From Octopus vulgaris (Eukaryota), in contig OX597822.1 in NCBI GenBank assembly GCA_951406725.2, positions 9,052,001 to 9,116,000 of the forward strand: a stretch of DNA of 64,000 nt. Reading direction: 5' to 3'. Positions 1-12,758 of the stretch are shown in pieces (positions within the stretch are counted from its first letter, which is position 1; every line of letters starts with the position of its first letter). The translations under genes were made by a program, and so were the position numbers. The notes below the pieces were generated by a model. The model was not told the DNA's origin. It worked only from the letters and a program-made list of their open reading frames with translations, and made no database searches.

Positions 1-380
1 AACATGTGATAGTTATTAAAAATATGTTAAACTATCCGAATCATTACAAAAGCGAATTCCTTTATAAGCCATCCGTTTGATCATGAATGAATCTTATAAT
101 ATTATATTACTTACGTTACTTATGCAATATCAGAAAATATTTCTATTTTACTTTTGAAGAATGCTAATGTTCAGTTGAGACAAACAAATTTTCTTTGAAT
201 CTAAGAATATCCTTTGCAATTATGACACGAACATCGTATGATTGCACATAGATCTATGTGAGCAGTTCTACGACCGTTTGTATAAATGGGTATTTGTGAG
301 CAAGCACTGTGTAAATTTAAATATATTTATATGTATACATATGTGTGTATGCATATCTCTATCAATATCTCTTTATATAA

Positions 381-383
<3 letters not shown>

Positions 384-422
<39 letters not shown>

Positions 423-437
423 GTGTGTGTGTGTGTG
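384..437. repeat. (TG)n microsatellite
   Basis: Direct TG run; it produces the CVCV ORFs at 242-445 and 387-635. Confidence 0.95.
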
Positions 438-975
438 GTAAATGAAAGATGGAAAATGGAAGGCACGAGAATTTTTATTAATCACTGCAATTGTTTCGAC
501 ACATGTAGTATCGATCCTTCACGGGTGGAATACTTAACAACTGACTCAGGAGCATCCAACGGCGCAGATTTGTCTCTTCGGGTGGCAAACAGAAACAAGT
601 CGGTAAAACAACATGCGAAAATAACAGTTCTCTAATGTATCTTCTCACTTCTTGTAACGAAAAGCAGCAAATTAAAGGATATAGTTTCATTTATATAGAA
701 TATCAATAATAAAATAAGCAGATGCAGAAAAGAAACGAACACGCAATACAGTGAAAAAAGTATTTAAAATAACTGTTAACGAATATGGATGTATAAACGC
801 CCTCACGTAAGTTGTATGGCGCATGTACACTCGCTCATGCAAGCATTCACTAAGATGTAGGCATACGCATACATTTGGTTTGGTGCGCATACTGTCACAC
901 AGCAAGTTAAGTAGCTACTTGGTGTTTATAAGAACGGGGAGGTTAAATCTAGGCTTAATTCATCCATACCTTAAA

Positions 976-1590
976 GTAAGTTATATAAACAGTTACTCAA
1001 GTTCATTGAGTTACTGCATTGTGCGAAAGTAGATTTTTATGCATGCAGGTATCATGAAAGTCTTTCAGAAATTCTCTTAATGATCTTCTCATTGGTCCAC
1101 AGAATAGACAGGGATTCCTCAGAGCAGAGCCGAAATCTCATGGAAATGATATTATATGGTTTTGCGTGCCATATTATGGACAAAGTTATGCTATACTTAA
1201 TTTCATTTTCATTCAGCCGCCTTAAAAAATCGGCCAAAGATGTTGAATGTCTCTTATTGATTCTCCTGAAGCTGGTGAAATGGTTGCGATAACGGTTCTT
1301 GAATGAAAAAGACGTTTGCCCAGCGTAAACTTACGATCCTCCCTTTCTGTGCACGGTACAGTTATATGCAAAATTCGTACTGATACAGAGGTTCATCAAT
1401 GGGCACACAGAACCATATAATATCATTTCCAGGAGATGCCTGCTCTGTCCCGACGAATCCTTCCCTATTCTGTGGCCAATAAGATCATGAATAGAATTTC
1501 TGAAAGACTTTCAAGATGCCAGCATGCATATAAATGTACTTGCGCACAATGCAATGAGAATGGATTTGAGTAACTGTTAGCATGATTTAC
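976..1590. repeat. Diverged inverted repeat, arms about 976-1170 and 1401-1590
   Basis: AACAGTTACTCAA...GAAAGTCTTTCAGAAATTCT...TGGAAATGATATTATATGGTT is matched in reverse complement by AACCATATAATATCATTTCCA...AGAATTTCTGAAAGACTTTC...TTGAGTAACTGTT; roughly 75-80% identity by eye. Confidence 0.85.
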
Positions 1591-2010
1591 TCATCTGTGT
1601 AAAAGATCACACAAAGGATATGTTTCACTTTGTCCACCGTCTCCAGCTTTCTAATTTTTGTGCCCCGGTGTAAATGGGTGCCTCACATGTTTCAGTACGA
1701 TTTCATTTTCAAGTTTGCCGTCACTGCTCTTGGAACGTGCATAGCCGAAACACCTCTCTTACGTACCAAACGTCATATGGATTGAGTTGAATCCCTTCTG
1801 ATTGCTTTCTTCAACTCCAGATTGAAATGAAGATCCTTCTTGCTGTTATGACCTCCTGATCCAGTTTTCCTTTCCACTATTTCCTCTTTCCCAAATTTAT
1901 TCACAATTCTCCTGATGGTTCTTCAATGGACTTTGAAGATGGGAACCAGAGAGTAGAATGTTGGCACCATTACTGGATGACCTTAGCCCTTTCAACATTG
2001 CTCATTTGGG
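1590..2010 (-). pseudogene. Decayed Tc1/mariner-superfamily (maT/DD37D-like) transposase, N-terminal half
   Basis: Minus strand gives ERKTGSGGHNSK, AIRRDSTQS and VIFYTDE (first catalytic D), with stops and frameshifts. Confidence 0.55.
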
Positions 2011-2193
2011 AAGACACGGTAAAGCTGACAGGAAGCAATTTCAGAGCCTGTCCTCTTTCTAACTAAATACCTTAAAAAGTGGAAAATTGCAAATCGATAT
2101 ATTTATTGGTTTTGAAAAATTTTAAGAATTTGTGAGAGCGACAATTTTACTGTTAAAGCCGGTATATGTATGCAGAGAGATGATTAGTGAGTG

Positions 2194-2218
2194 AGATAGA
2201 TAGATCGATCGATCGATC

Positions 2219-2310
<92 letters not shown>
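2194..2310. repeat. (GATA)n microsatellite
   Basis: Direct repeat run. Confidence 0.95.
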
Positions 2311-2311
<1 letters not shown>

Positions 2312-3356
2312 GTTACCTTAATCTCTCTATAGTGTGATTTTTCAGGTAACAAGCAATTGTCTACTACCCTCAAGAACAGTTTACCAATGTCAGAATGTAC
2401 GAATGGCCGGTGCATTGTGATATAATATTTACTTTGCACCACAGTACGGGCACAGCATAGACTGAATGCTGCTTATTGCGCAAGCAGCTATCAATCGTGA
2501 ACGAATTACTATTTATGCAAATCGGGCTACTCTGGAAAGCAAACAGACTGCGTCTAGTAACTATAGATGGCTATTTGCTACATTTCTCTCGGCGGACAAG
2601 TCAAATAGTAGCGTTTTCTTTCTTTTTTCTGTCTCTGATTCACATTAAGAGACATTGAAAACTGGTCAGGTAGATAAATTTTTCTGTATAAAGAGTAAAA
2701 GTAGATGACATTTGTTATATTTTTCTCACAATATAGAGACTATTTCGGTGTACTGCGTTAAAAGGTTTACATTGTTTGACATACAAGCAATGTGTGTGTG
2801 TGTGTGTGTGTACGTATATCTGTGTGTATGTGTGCATGTGTATGCGCTTGTACGTATGTGTGTATGTTATTACTTTTGCTTTAATATGTTGGCTTACAAC
2901 ACCAACATAAAAGTATTCATCCATTATCTCTTTTATTGCGTTATCTTTTATATTAGCAGTCCTTTATGATTTATGGACAACATTAAAGTTCCTCGGCCCA
3001 CCGATGTTTCTGGATGGTATAGGGTCCAGATAGGGATGAAATGACTGGAGGTGGTGTATGTTACGTGGTGTATCAACGTCCTCACAAGCAGAGAAAATAC
3101 GGTTATTGCTTTGTATCTGAGGTCATAACGCAAGCTCGTAAATGCTTAACCCAATTTTCTTTTCTTAGTCGGATGTTTGTGTATGAACACACACACACAC
3201 ACACACGCTAACACTCACACACAAACAAAAACACTCGCGCATACTTAAAAACACAAACACTCACGCATGTATGTATGTGTATGCGGGTGTGTGTATGATA
3301 AAAGGAAATCAGTTAAACTACAGTTTTTAAACTTTTACGTGTTGAGCTTAATCAGA

Positions 3357-3360
<4 letters not shown>

Positions 3361-3398
<38 letters not shown>

Positions 3399-3505
3399 TG
3401 TATGCGTGTTGTGCATATTATGTGTGTATGTATAATATATATATATATATACATAGGCACACACACATATACGTGCATACACATACACACACACACATAC
3501 ACACA

Positions 3506-3573
<68 letters not shown>
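3361..3573. repeat. Compound (TG)n/(TA)n/(CA)n microsatellite
   Basis: Direct runs. Confidence 0.95.
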
Positions 3574-3700
3574 CCTAAAGTTACTTATTTGATTTTTATT
3601 TACCATCGAGCCTTCATTTACCAGACTGTCTCGGTACATCAACTTAATTGCCTTAATCAACTGAATCTTAATTATTTCTTATATAAAGATACATATATCT

Positions 3701-4057
3701 TTAAAAATTTGTAGGTACGTGGCACTTCGTTATTACAATACACTATACTATAAGATATAGAAAATGTTTTCATAATCAGTACCACGTTCTATTGCATCAG
3801 CAGTGCTATTTCTACAGATATTCTATACAACTTAACCAGCTCTGATTTTTGCTACAACGTTTCGTATCGAGACACCAGAAGTAAAGAGAAAATGTGATCG
3901 AAGACAAAGTGGGTAATTAGTGTTTACATCTGACGTCTCAGTACGAAACACTGGTCCAAAAATTCAGCGCTTGCTATAAATTCTATGAAAACATTCAGTA
4001 TACCTCATATCATATTATGTTTGCATAAGGAATCACCGCGTACTTACAAATCTTTAA
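3701..4057. mobile_element. Old fold-back / MITE-like palindrome, with a partial second copy at about 4195-4290
   Basis: Outer arms TTAAAAATTTGTAGGTACGTGG...AATGTTTTCATA / TATGAAAACATT...CCGCGTACTTACAAATCTTTAA; inner arms about 3837-3886 / 3922-3973. GCTACAACGTTTCGTATCGAGA (3851-3872) recurs as an exact reverse complement near 4254-4275. Confidence 0.65.
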
Positions 4058-4859
4058 TGTTTACATACCAGCCCCAGAAATGCGTCTAATCCAGTAACTT
4101 AATATCGTTGTATGCGGTGATTATATAAACAAAATGTTTGGAGGCAATGGTGGGTTAGATGAGTGCTGAATAAGGAGTAACAACCCCGAAATATGGCATA
4201 TATACTCATTACCCTCTTTTGTCTCCAATCTCTTTACTTGTTTACAATTGACCTCTCGATACGAAACGTTGTAGCAACAATGATTGCCGGCTTATTGAAA
4301 TAACCTTAACAAAACATTATCTTTATATTATATTATGAGCAAAACACCCCCGCGTTGAATGGACGGTGCTGAGCTGTCAAATATTTAAGCCAAATTTTCT
4401 TAAAACAACTTGTCCGTCCCACAGGCCTCCCCTTTGAGAAACACTGATTTAACCTAAATTTGAGGCACCAGCAAAAGAAGAAATAAAGGTAGACTTTTTT
4501 CTCTATTCCAAAGAAAAACGATTTTATTCACACAAATATGCAACCGAAGTGTTTAAAGTATCAGTACTGATAAGGCTGTTGACTGGGAGACCACAAAGAT
4601 GGTAAATCATTTATTAGGAAGAAAATAGTATTTTCTTTCTTGAATAAAAAACAATTAGTGTTTTCTTTTCATTAAAAAATAATTAAGCATAATTTCAATA
4701 AACGTTTTGGTTTTGTTAAAGAAGTTAAGGCAAAAACAAACAAAAAAATTCATGAGAAACCAAATAGTCTTTCCTTCCTTCATGTCAAGTTTCAAGAAAA
4801 TATCTCTTTTGCATCTTACTTTTTTGGTCTCTTAAATATACTGCATTTTGTAGCATTAT

Positions 4860-5140
4860 TCCAAGCCAGCCGGCTTTTTTTGCGCAAACAGCACGTGCAT
4901 TTATCCCGCGTACGCGTAGTATCGATTGCAACAACTGATGTACTTGCGCGTACAAATGCACGTTACCACGGCGGCTTTATCGATCGCAATCTCACCTGAA
5001 TTCGATTTTTCTAAAATTGTCAAGTCTATATACGCCCTGATACCGTCGGTATCGACATATCAAATTTGAGCGCAATCGGATGGAGGATGCCCGAGATCCT
5101 AGAAGACACACACACATAATAGATATTATATTATATTATA
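4860..5140 (-). mobile_element. Possible non-autonomous Helitron-like remnant
   Basis: CpG-rich island ending in AAATTTGAGCGCAATCGG...GACACACACAC...TATATA, a layout like the right ends of the other Helitrons here; no clear CTAG end. Confidence 0.3.
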
Positions 5141-5607
5141 TACATTTCGATATTCACTTCTCGCACAGAATGACCAAGGTTATGCTGACAAGTATCAATT
5201 CACGTTCACTATTTAGCAGAAAACCCATTGTCTTCATGTTTCTATGCACAAAAGCAACTTATAGCAATTATTAATTAAAACAAAAAGAAACCCGAATTTA
5301 GCGTCTGTATACTTTTGTCGATGTTGTGATAAAATAATTTATATTTTATAAATAACATATAATGTAGTAGAAAATCTAAAATAAATGTTGTGTTACATTT
5401 CCGTTTTTATGTTATTCGCTTTAGAATTTAGACAGATATAAATATATCTTTAAAATCTGAAAAATTATTTAAAATACATTTATAATTATCTAATACATAT
5501 CTCGTTGTACCTGAAGTATTCATTAAGTATATACGTACGTGTGTATGCGCGCGTGCGATATCTTTATGCGCAATATTTTTATTGATGTTCCAGAAATTGG
5601 TTTTTGA

Positions 5608-5677
5608 ATGTGTGTGTGTGTGTGTGTGCGTGTGTTTGTGTGTGTGTTTGTGTGTGTTTTTGTGTGTGTAGATATAC

Positions 5678-5739
<62 letters not shown>

Positions 5740-5768
5740 ATACATAGATAGATAGATAGGTAGGTAGG

Positions 5769-5811
<43 letters not shown>

Positions 5812-5880
5812 ATAGATAGTTAGGCAGACAGACAGACAGACAGATGGACGGACAACAGACAAACAGACAGACAGATAGAG
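5608..5880. repeat. Compound (TG)n/(GATA)n/(GACA)n microsatellite
   Basis: Direct runs. Confidence 0.95.
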
Positions 5881-6372
5881 GGATAGAGTTTACCTTTTAA
5901 TTCTTCTCAGAGTATGCATATATCTACGTGAGTATATGTGTATGTGTGCGTGTGTTCTGAGTCAGTGGATGGGTGTATGCGTCGATCTAATCGAGTAGCT
6001 CGGAATTAATGACATATCTACCGAGGTTATGATGCAATGTGACCATGTAGTGGTTGGTTTTGTGACCACACTAATCCTCAACGTGTAGAATGGTTCATCA
6101 GTGCCACGAAATCGGGTGGATGCTATGCTCTTTTCAATGAATGTGGGAAAAAATGACAATTACCGCGACTCCCATAAAGTTTATTTACTTGACGACATTT
6201 TTGACAAATTGTGGTCGAATCATCAACAAATACACGTATTCTTTATCAGAGTTCCAGAAATATCACGAATAGGATCTTTAGCATCACGTGATTGCAAAAT
6301 AAGATCCAGCTGCAATCAATCCTTATACATATATATGCACACACAGAGAAACATATGTGTATGCATACATGC

Positions 6373-6408
<36 letters not shown>

Positions 6409-6496
6409 GCCTGCTTTTGTGGTAAAAGAGAACGAGAGAGAGAGAGAGAAGCAAAGTGTGACGACAGAGGAGGTGGAGCTCAGTATGGTTAGAAAT

Positions 6497-6817
6497 TATT
6501 TTTATTGTGCGCCCTTTTCAAGCCTAGCCAGGCTCATGGGCCCGGTGTCCGGTTTCTGTGGTGTATGTCCCCCCCCCCCCCAGCAAGACGGGATGCCAGT
6601 CCATCGCAGCGTTACTCAAGAAACAGGAAGAAAGAGTGAGAGAAAGCTGGGGGCAAAGAGTACAACAGGGGTCGCCACTACTTCCTACCGGAGCTTCGTG
6701 GAGTTTTAGGTGTTTTCGCTCAATAAAGACACATAACGCCCGGTCTGGGAACGAGACCGCGATCCTCAGACCGCGAGTCCGCTACTCTAACCACTGAGCC
6801 ATTGCACCTCCATCCAC
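6497..6817 (-). mobile_element. tRNA-derived SINE with family C head and an alternative (V-domain-like) 3' half
   Basis: Head and body match 12759-12950. The 3' part carries CTGCGATGGACTGGCATCCCGTC. A target-site duplication GGTTAGAAAT lies at 6487-6496 and 6818-6827. Confidence 0.85.
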
Positions 6818-8497
6818 GGTTAGAAATAGATGACTATAATCATTAAATGACGCATGTATGGAGACTTACATTGAATACATTAGGATTCTGTGTCAACAAT
6901 TCGCTGATCATTGCACGGCTTCAGCTTTTGTAAGCCTAGTGTGTATAGCAACATCGATTACAGAAGCTCGAAAACAAAAACGCAGATGGGCAGGAAAATT
7001 TTCGCTTCTGCGTTAGCTCCATTTAAAGAAGAAATTTTTCAGGCTTGATTGCAAGACCTTCGTAAAAACAAATCTATCTTAAGCTGGATAAAATAATGTG
7101 TAGATATATAAAATAAGATTAAATTCAAAATATATCTAAAAACACAAGTGTAAATAAATGATTGAATATATAAATATATGATTACTCAAAAATAAGAATG
7201 AAAATGAAAAGACGAGAAATTCAAGAAACTAAAAATTAAAACAAAATAAAAATAATTCCGAAAATCCCAAATATTTAAACGTTTTCAAATTTATAACGAA
7301 TGAAATGATTGATTAACATTAAAAGTAAACGTTAAACGTAAAATTATAATTAACAAGGTAATGAAATTTCCTAAATTAAAAGGTGAACGATATACAAAGT
7401 TGAAATCAAAATTATAATTTTAAAGTAGTACATGAAAACATAATTTCAAAAATTTGTTAAAAATAAGAAGTTATAAATAAAACGAAAAATAAAATCGAAA
7501 GGTAAAAATAAATGCTAAGATTGTAATAACATATTACAATTACAAATTTAAAATCAAAATAAAAATATTTAAGTTAGTAATTTAAAAACTTTAAAAAATT
7601 ATATAAAAGTTTTGCATTTAAATGTTATTTTTATATTCAGCAACTTAAAAACATTAAAAATTAAATTAAAACGTTTTTATATATAAAAAATATATATACA
7701 CTTAAATATAGAACGTAAAAAAGTTAGATTCATAGATTGAAGTTACAAAATTTTAAATAAATCGAGATGAAACATGACATTAGATTTAAGAGTCTTAAGA
7801 TGTGAGAAAAAAGGAAATATGCAATACATATACGTACACACTTGAACTTCCAAACACCAATGCGTGTATTACACACCTATACACACATATATACACATGT
7901 ATATGCATATATACATATACATCTATGATTCAGAGACACATCCACCACATAGACATACATACATACTCATATAGATATATATGGCATAAGTGCACACCCT
8001 CTAGACAAAAGAAAAAATACGAAAATATGAAAATACAAAAAAATGTATAAGATCAAACAAAAAATATGAAGATATAAGCAATATACCAAAAATAATAGGT
8101 TCATAAATTTGGAAATTCACATCCATTCAGTAAAATAAAAGAGGTTTATAACGTCTCTTTGCAGGTTTCCTCAGAAGGAGGACAAATTTTCAAAATGTGG
8201 TCTGTTACTATAGGTTATGATTTTGGCATTAGGATTCTGTAACACTAAATGTGGTTCATGTTGAAGAGCTTACTGACCATCATTAGATGCCTAAATGCTA
8301 AGGACGAAAACTTTGGTAGCTGCCTGTATGCGGAAAAATACCTTTTAAAATGTTGATCACCCTCCCCACAAGTGTAGTAAAATGACACTTTAAACCTTAC
8401 TTTCATTTACTCGCTGGATTTGGACTTTCTTCTTTATCAGCCTATTATATCATTTTTGGTATATTGTTTATATATATAGGCGCAGAGGTGGGTAATA

Positions 8498-8658
8498 GGC
8501 GCAGGAGTAGCTGTGAGGTAAGTAGCTTGCTTAGCAACCACATAGTTCTGGGTTCAGTCCCACTGCGTTGCGCCTTGGGTAAGTGTTTTCTACTATAGCA
8601 TCGGGCTCATCAAACCCTTGTGAGTAGATTTGATAGACGGAAACTGAAAGAAGCCCGT

Positions 8659-8660
<2 letters not shown>
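8498..8660 (+). mobile_element. SINE family A, 5' half
   Basis: GGCGCAGGAGTAGCTGTGAGGTAAGTAGC...GGTTCAGTCCC...GAAACTGAAAGAAGCC, ending in (TA)n. Confidence 0.9.
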
Positions 8661-8706
<46 letters not shown>

Positions 8707-8714
8707 CTAAAAGC

Positions 8715-9080
8715 TCCCGTCTGTGTAACTGATAATCTCAAAGTTTGGGGCAAGTCCTTCTTGGATTTTCCAGATGTAACTTATAGTGTATCTTTCCCGC
8801 CTTCTTTCTAGGGAGCTACGTCTTAACTTTTCAGTTTCCCCCAGTAGCTGACACGTCGCACTGAGATTATCTTCTTTGTGTAGCTTCGTTGGATTGCTTC
8901 GAGTTCCGTCATTAATCTTCCACTGTTTGTGACTATACGGCTTTGGAAACATATCCTCCAGAGGACCATCGTAGTTTCTTGTTTTCTTGTTCTGAAAGTT
9001 AGAAGGATCCATCCTGTCAACCGTCTGCATTTTATTCCCAATTTAGTAATATGCACATAGAAAGATACATCATTTCTCAT
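8715..9080 (-). mobile_element. Decayed CR1/L2-group LINE, C-terminal RT fragment
   Basis: ELEAIQRSYTKKI, SYWGKLK and SLERRRERYTISYIWKIQEGLAPNF motifs spread across frameshifted ORFs. Confidence 0.75.
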
Positions 9081-10238
9081 GTCCCTTTATTTATACACAA
9101 ATATTTGAAGATAAGATTGTAATTACGATTATCGTTCTTATTTGAAGGTAAAGAACTACAAGACTTTAAATAAATTTGGCAAAACATTTTAGATGTCATT
9201 TATTGAATCATTTTACATTCTGCCATTTCTAAAACACGTTTAAATCTCATTTAAATCTTGGGATTAATTTAAATTGAATTTTTTTATAAATCTTTACTGC
9301 TGAATAAAATCTGTTTGGAATGAAACATTTTATAGACTATAATATCAAGACAAACAATAGCTGTATCTTATGATGGTACTAGCAAGTAAAATTTCATTAA
9401 TATCGAGAGCAAGTAATGGTTCAATTAAGAGAATATAATACTAAATGTTTCTAGTGGAAAATTTATGTTTAAATGCATTTATATATAATGACGTCTTACA
9501 TTGATAACAACCTAGCATATAATATGCTGGGCAGAATAGTGCCTTTATGTTTGAGAATGACCAACAGTGAAACTGCGTAATGTAAGAAAATTCCATTTCA
9601 TACTTAGAAAGATTTAAAATCAATAAAATGCTGGTGTCTAAATTGCCACATATTACTAAAAGCAATCTGGAATATATTAACAGTGGTATTATCATATTTA
9701 AATGCTATGCATTCTCATTGAGAATATTTAAGTAAGATTCAGAATAAAATTCAGCTGCTGTAAAATACAAAACATTTATATGGATGAACAATATCCCTAT
9801 AGAAATACCATTTATTAAAGGCTGTGTGAAACTTAATGTGCTGAATTTAAGGTCATTGATTTAGGAAAAGATTTAATGAATGATGTCAAGAGGAAACTAT
9901 AAAGATATCTAATGGAATAAATTTGAAAATATTAGTTGGGAGAAAAATGCTAGTGGCTAGATTTAAAAAGAAATTTTGAAATTAAATTTTGAATTAATAA
10001 AATCTTAAACATACTGAAATTCCACAAACGGATAAATCATAAAATGCGTTTCTTTCTATTTTTTTGTTTCTATCTTAGTCTAGGGATTGTTTGAGGTAAG
10101 ATTCTTGATATGAAATCGTATACTGAGACATATATAATTGAGGAGATTGCGAATAGCAACGCTAGTAGCTTGACGAAATTAGGTGGTAGGCTGGCTTACT
10201 AACCAATCAAGCTATTGGTAAATGTTTAAATAGTTAAC

Positions 10239-10246
10239 TAATAATA

Positions 10247-10317
<71 letters not shown>

Positions 10318-10441
10318 GGTGGTGTTGATGATGGTGATGGTGATGTTGATGAAGAAGAAGAAGAAAAGAAGAAGAAGAAGAAGAAGAAGAAGAAGAAGAA
10401 GAAGAAGAAGAAGAAGAAGAAGAAGAAGAAGAAGAAGAAGA
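10239..10441. repeat. Compound trinucleotide microsatellite (AAT)(GAT)(GGT)(GAT)(GAA)
   Basis: Direct runs; they explain the poly-F/S/P and poly-M/V/R ORFs. Confidence 0.95.
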
Positions 10442-11929
10442 AATACGACGTGAAAATCATCGTTTTATATAGATTTACACCATTCTTTTGCATGCGTAGA
10501 AAAATATATCTGGGTATATATGCAAGGAAATAAACCTAGTAAATCGCAAAACCTCAAAGCAACATTAGTTGTTACGAGAAGGAAGTCAGCTTGGTAACGC
10601 ACATATTTAGAAACTAAAATTTAATATGGTAAAAAAAAAATCAATGTTGAAATATTGGAATTAAATATAAATATACCAAGCAACAAATACTAAATGTCAG
10701 TTCAAAGGAAATTGCATTATAATGAATGAAGCAGTATATAATGAAAGATTATGAAAATTGATAAACATGAACTAAAATAAAGTAGGAACACTAATTACAA
10801 TATGATATTGCACCTTTGTCTAATATTATGTTTGGTACACAATTAAGCATTCCGGAAGACATTGGAAAATGAGAAGTAAATCTTGTGTATGAAGGTACTT
10901 AGTCAGTTAAATTCGAAGTGGCTGAAACTCAGTTGTGGAGTGTCGACCGTAGTCAACATTAGTTTAATGAATTTAAATAAACAGAAAGTTGGTTTCATTT
11001 GAACTTTAAGAAATAAGTTCATATTCAAATGAATATAATGACTTGAGAGACACGAACTGAATTGAAGTTTAAATGAAATAAAGATAGAGCGGTATTATAA
11101 TTAAAATTACATTTTATAACTTGAACTTTTCCCTATAATTATTGTGTAAATGATTGACGTTCTAATAACAGAAAACTTATTAAGAAAATGGAGAGAAAAG
11201 TAGAATGAAAACATGAGATGCTATTAGAATATTGGAAATTTTTTGTTTTTTCAAAATATATTTATGAATATTTTACAAGTAGAAGGTATTTTATAGTCCC
11301 CGATATCCTATAATTGTAAGATGGGACGAATTATGAGTGTCAATTTATAAACATTTATAATCGGGAGAAAAGAATTTCATAAGCTACACTGACATTTCCT
11401 TTTTTTTTTTTGCGGATGATTTGAAAAAATAACTGAACATTTTATTCTCAAACATATGCTAGTTAATGGCTCTTTCACCCTGGTTTATAAACAATTGCAT
11501 TTAGAAGTTTGTTTTGTTTTGGTTTGTTTTTTTGGTTTTTGTAAAGAGATGGTGAGTAAAACTAGAGTTTAGGTGATATTTGCACTGAGGAAGTAAACTA
11601 GTTCTATTTCAATACCTTTGTAAACATTCATATTGAGCAATGAGGAGAAGAGTAAACAGAATAAAGTGCCGAATATAGAAACATATTCTATGGCGTGACC
11701 CACCGTTTAACTGAGAACGTTTCAGGATGAACAATTTAAAAAAAAGATCTTACTGAACCTCGAAAAAGATTGGTTTTCAATCACACGCAGGTTAACTATT
11801 TCGAGTGACATTATTATCCTGGCTATATACAACACACGCTCACATAGATACAGTATTTACGTGACGGAGATTAAACCAGTGAAATGTTGGTTTCATTAAT
11901 CCTTAATGAGGACATGGCATCTTTCAAAT

Positions 11930-11984
<55 letters not shown>

Positions 11985-11989
<5 letters not shown>

Positions 11990-12121
11990 AAATATTAGGG
12001 AATAAATCCAAACTTACAGGGAAAAATCAGATTTAGGATTAAATCCAATTTTATAGTATAAATATATTACAATTTCAACGAGCAAAATCCTTGTCGGTAA
12101 CCAGCTGGATACCGACAGATA

Positions 12122-12170
<49 letters not shown>

Positions 12171-12740
12171 CTGTTCATCCTGATGAGGGGGTCATTGCTG
12201 AGATGCACCTTAACTCGTAATCGGGCCGCGGCAGTGAAATCCCGAAAGTGCCATAGATGTGTTTTGTGGAATGTTCTTACGCTCCTTGGAATTCAACCTC
12301 CATGGGTTTTATGAAAAGAACTATTTTGACATCTTCTTAATTGAGAGGAGTAAAAATTATTAATCGATTGATTTATAATTTTTAAAGTTTTAGTCGCCTG
12401 ACACGTTTTAGTAATTCATTTTCATTACTTTTTTTAGTCGATTGTTTATATACCTTTTCTTGATAGGCCGTACTAGATATTTGCAATTTTATGTGCACAT
12501 GTATTTTTATCTTCTGTGTTTTTATATATGCATTTTTTCATGTTATAAGGCCATGGTAATATTTATATATGATTAAATGTATGGAAGCGTGGTGTTATGT
12601 AAAGACATTGACTCGAATTTGATGTTTGTTTTCCAATCAATGTTTTTTCTATCTCAGTCTCAATTTCATTTGAGCACATCTTTTTGCAGTCCTATGAACC
12701 CTTTTCTCTCCATAAAATAATGCAAAAATATTTTTTTGTC
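11985..12740 (+). mobile_element. Putative Penelope-like element relic split by (TA)n tracts
   Basis: Bracketed by TA runs and contains a type I hammerhead-like motif; no RT or GIY-YIG residues recognised. Confidence 0.35.
12176..12259 (+). ncRNA. Minimal type I hammerhead-ribozyme-like motif with long stem II
   Basis: CATC-CTGATGA-GGGG-G-TCATTGCTG...CGGCAGTGA-AA-TCCC-GAAA-GTGCCA-TA-GATG. Core intact; stems I and II pair; stem III is weak. Confidence 0.55.
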
Positions 12741-12758
12741 ATATATATATATTGTGAA

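Noticed and set aside
6101-6709. 202-aa ORF
   Set aside because: Chance read-through across CA/GA repeats into an antisense SINE.
7040-7800. Extremely A-rich tract resembling organellar DNA
   Set aside because: No tRNA, rRNA or mitochondrial protein motif recognised.
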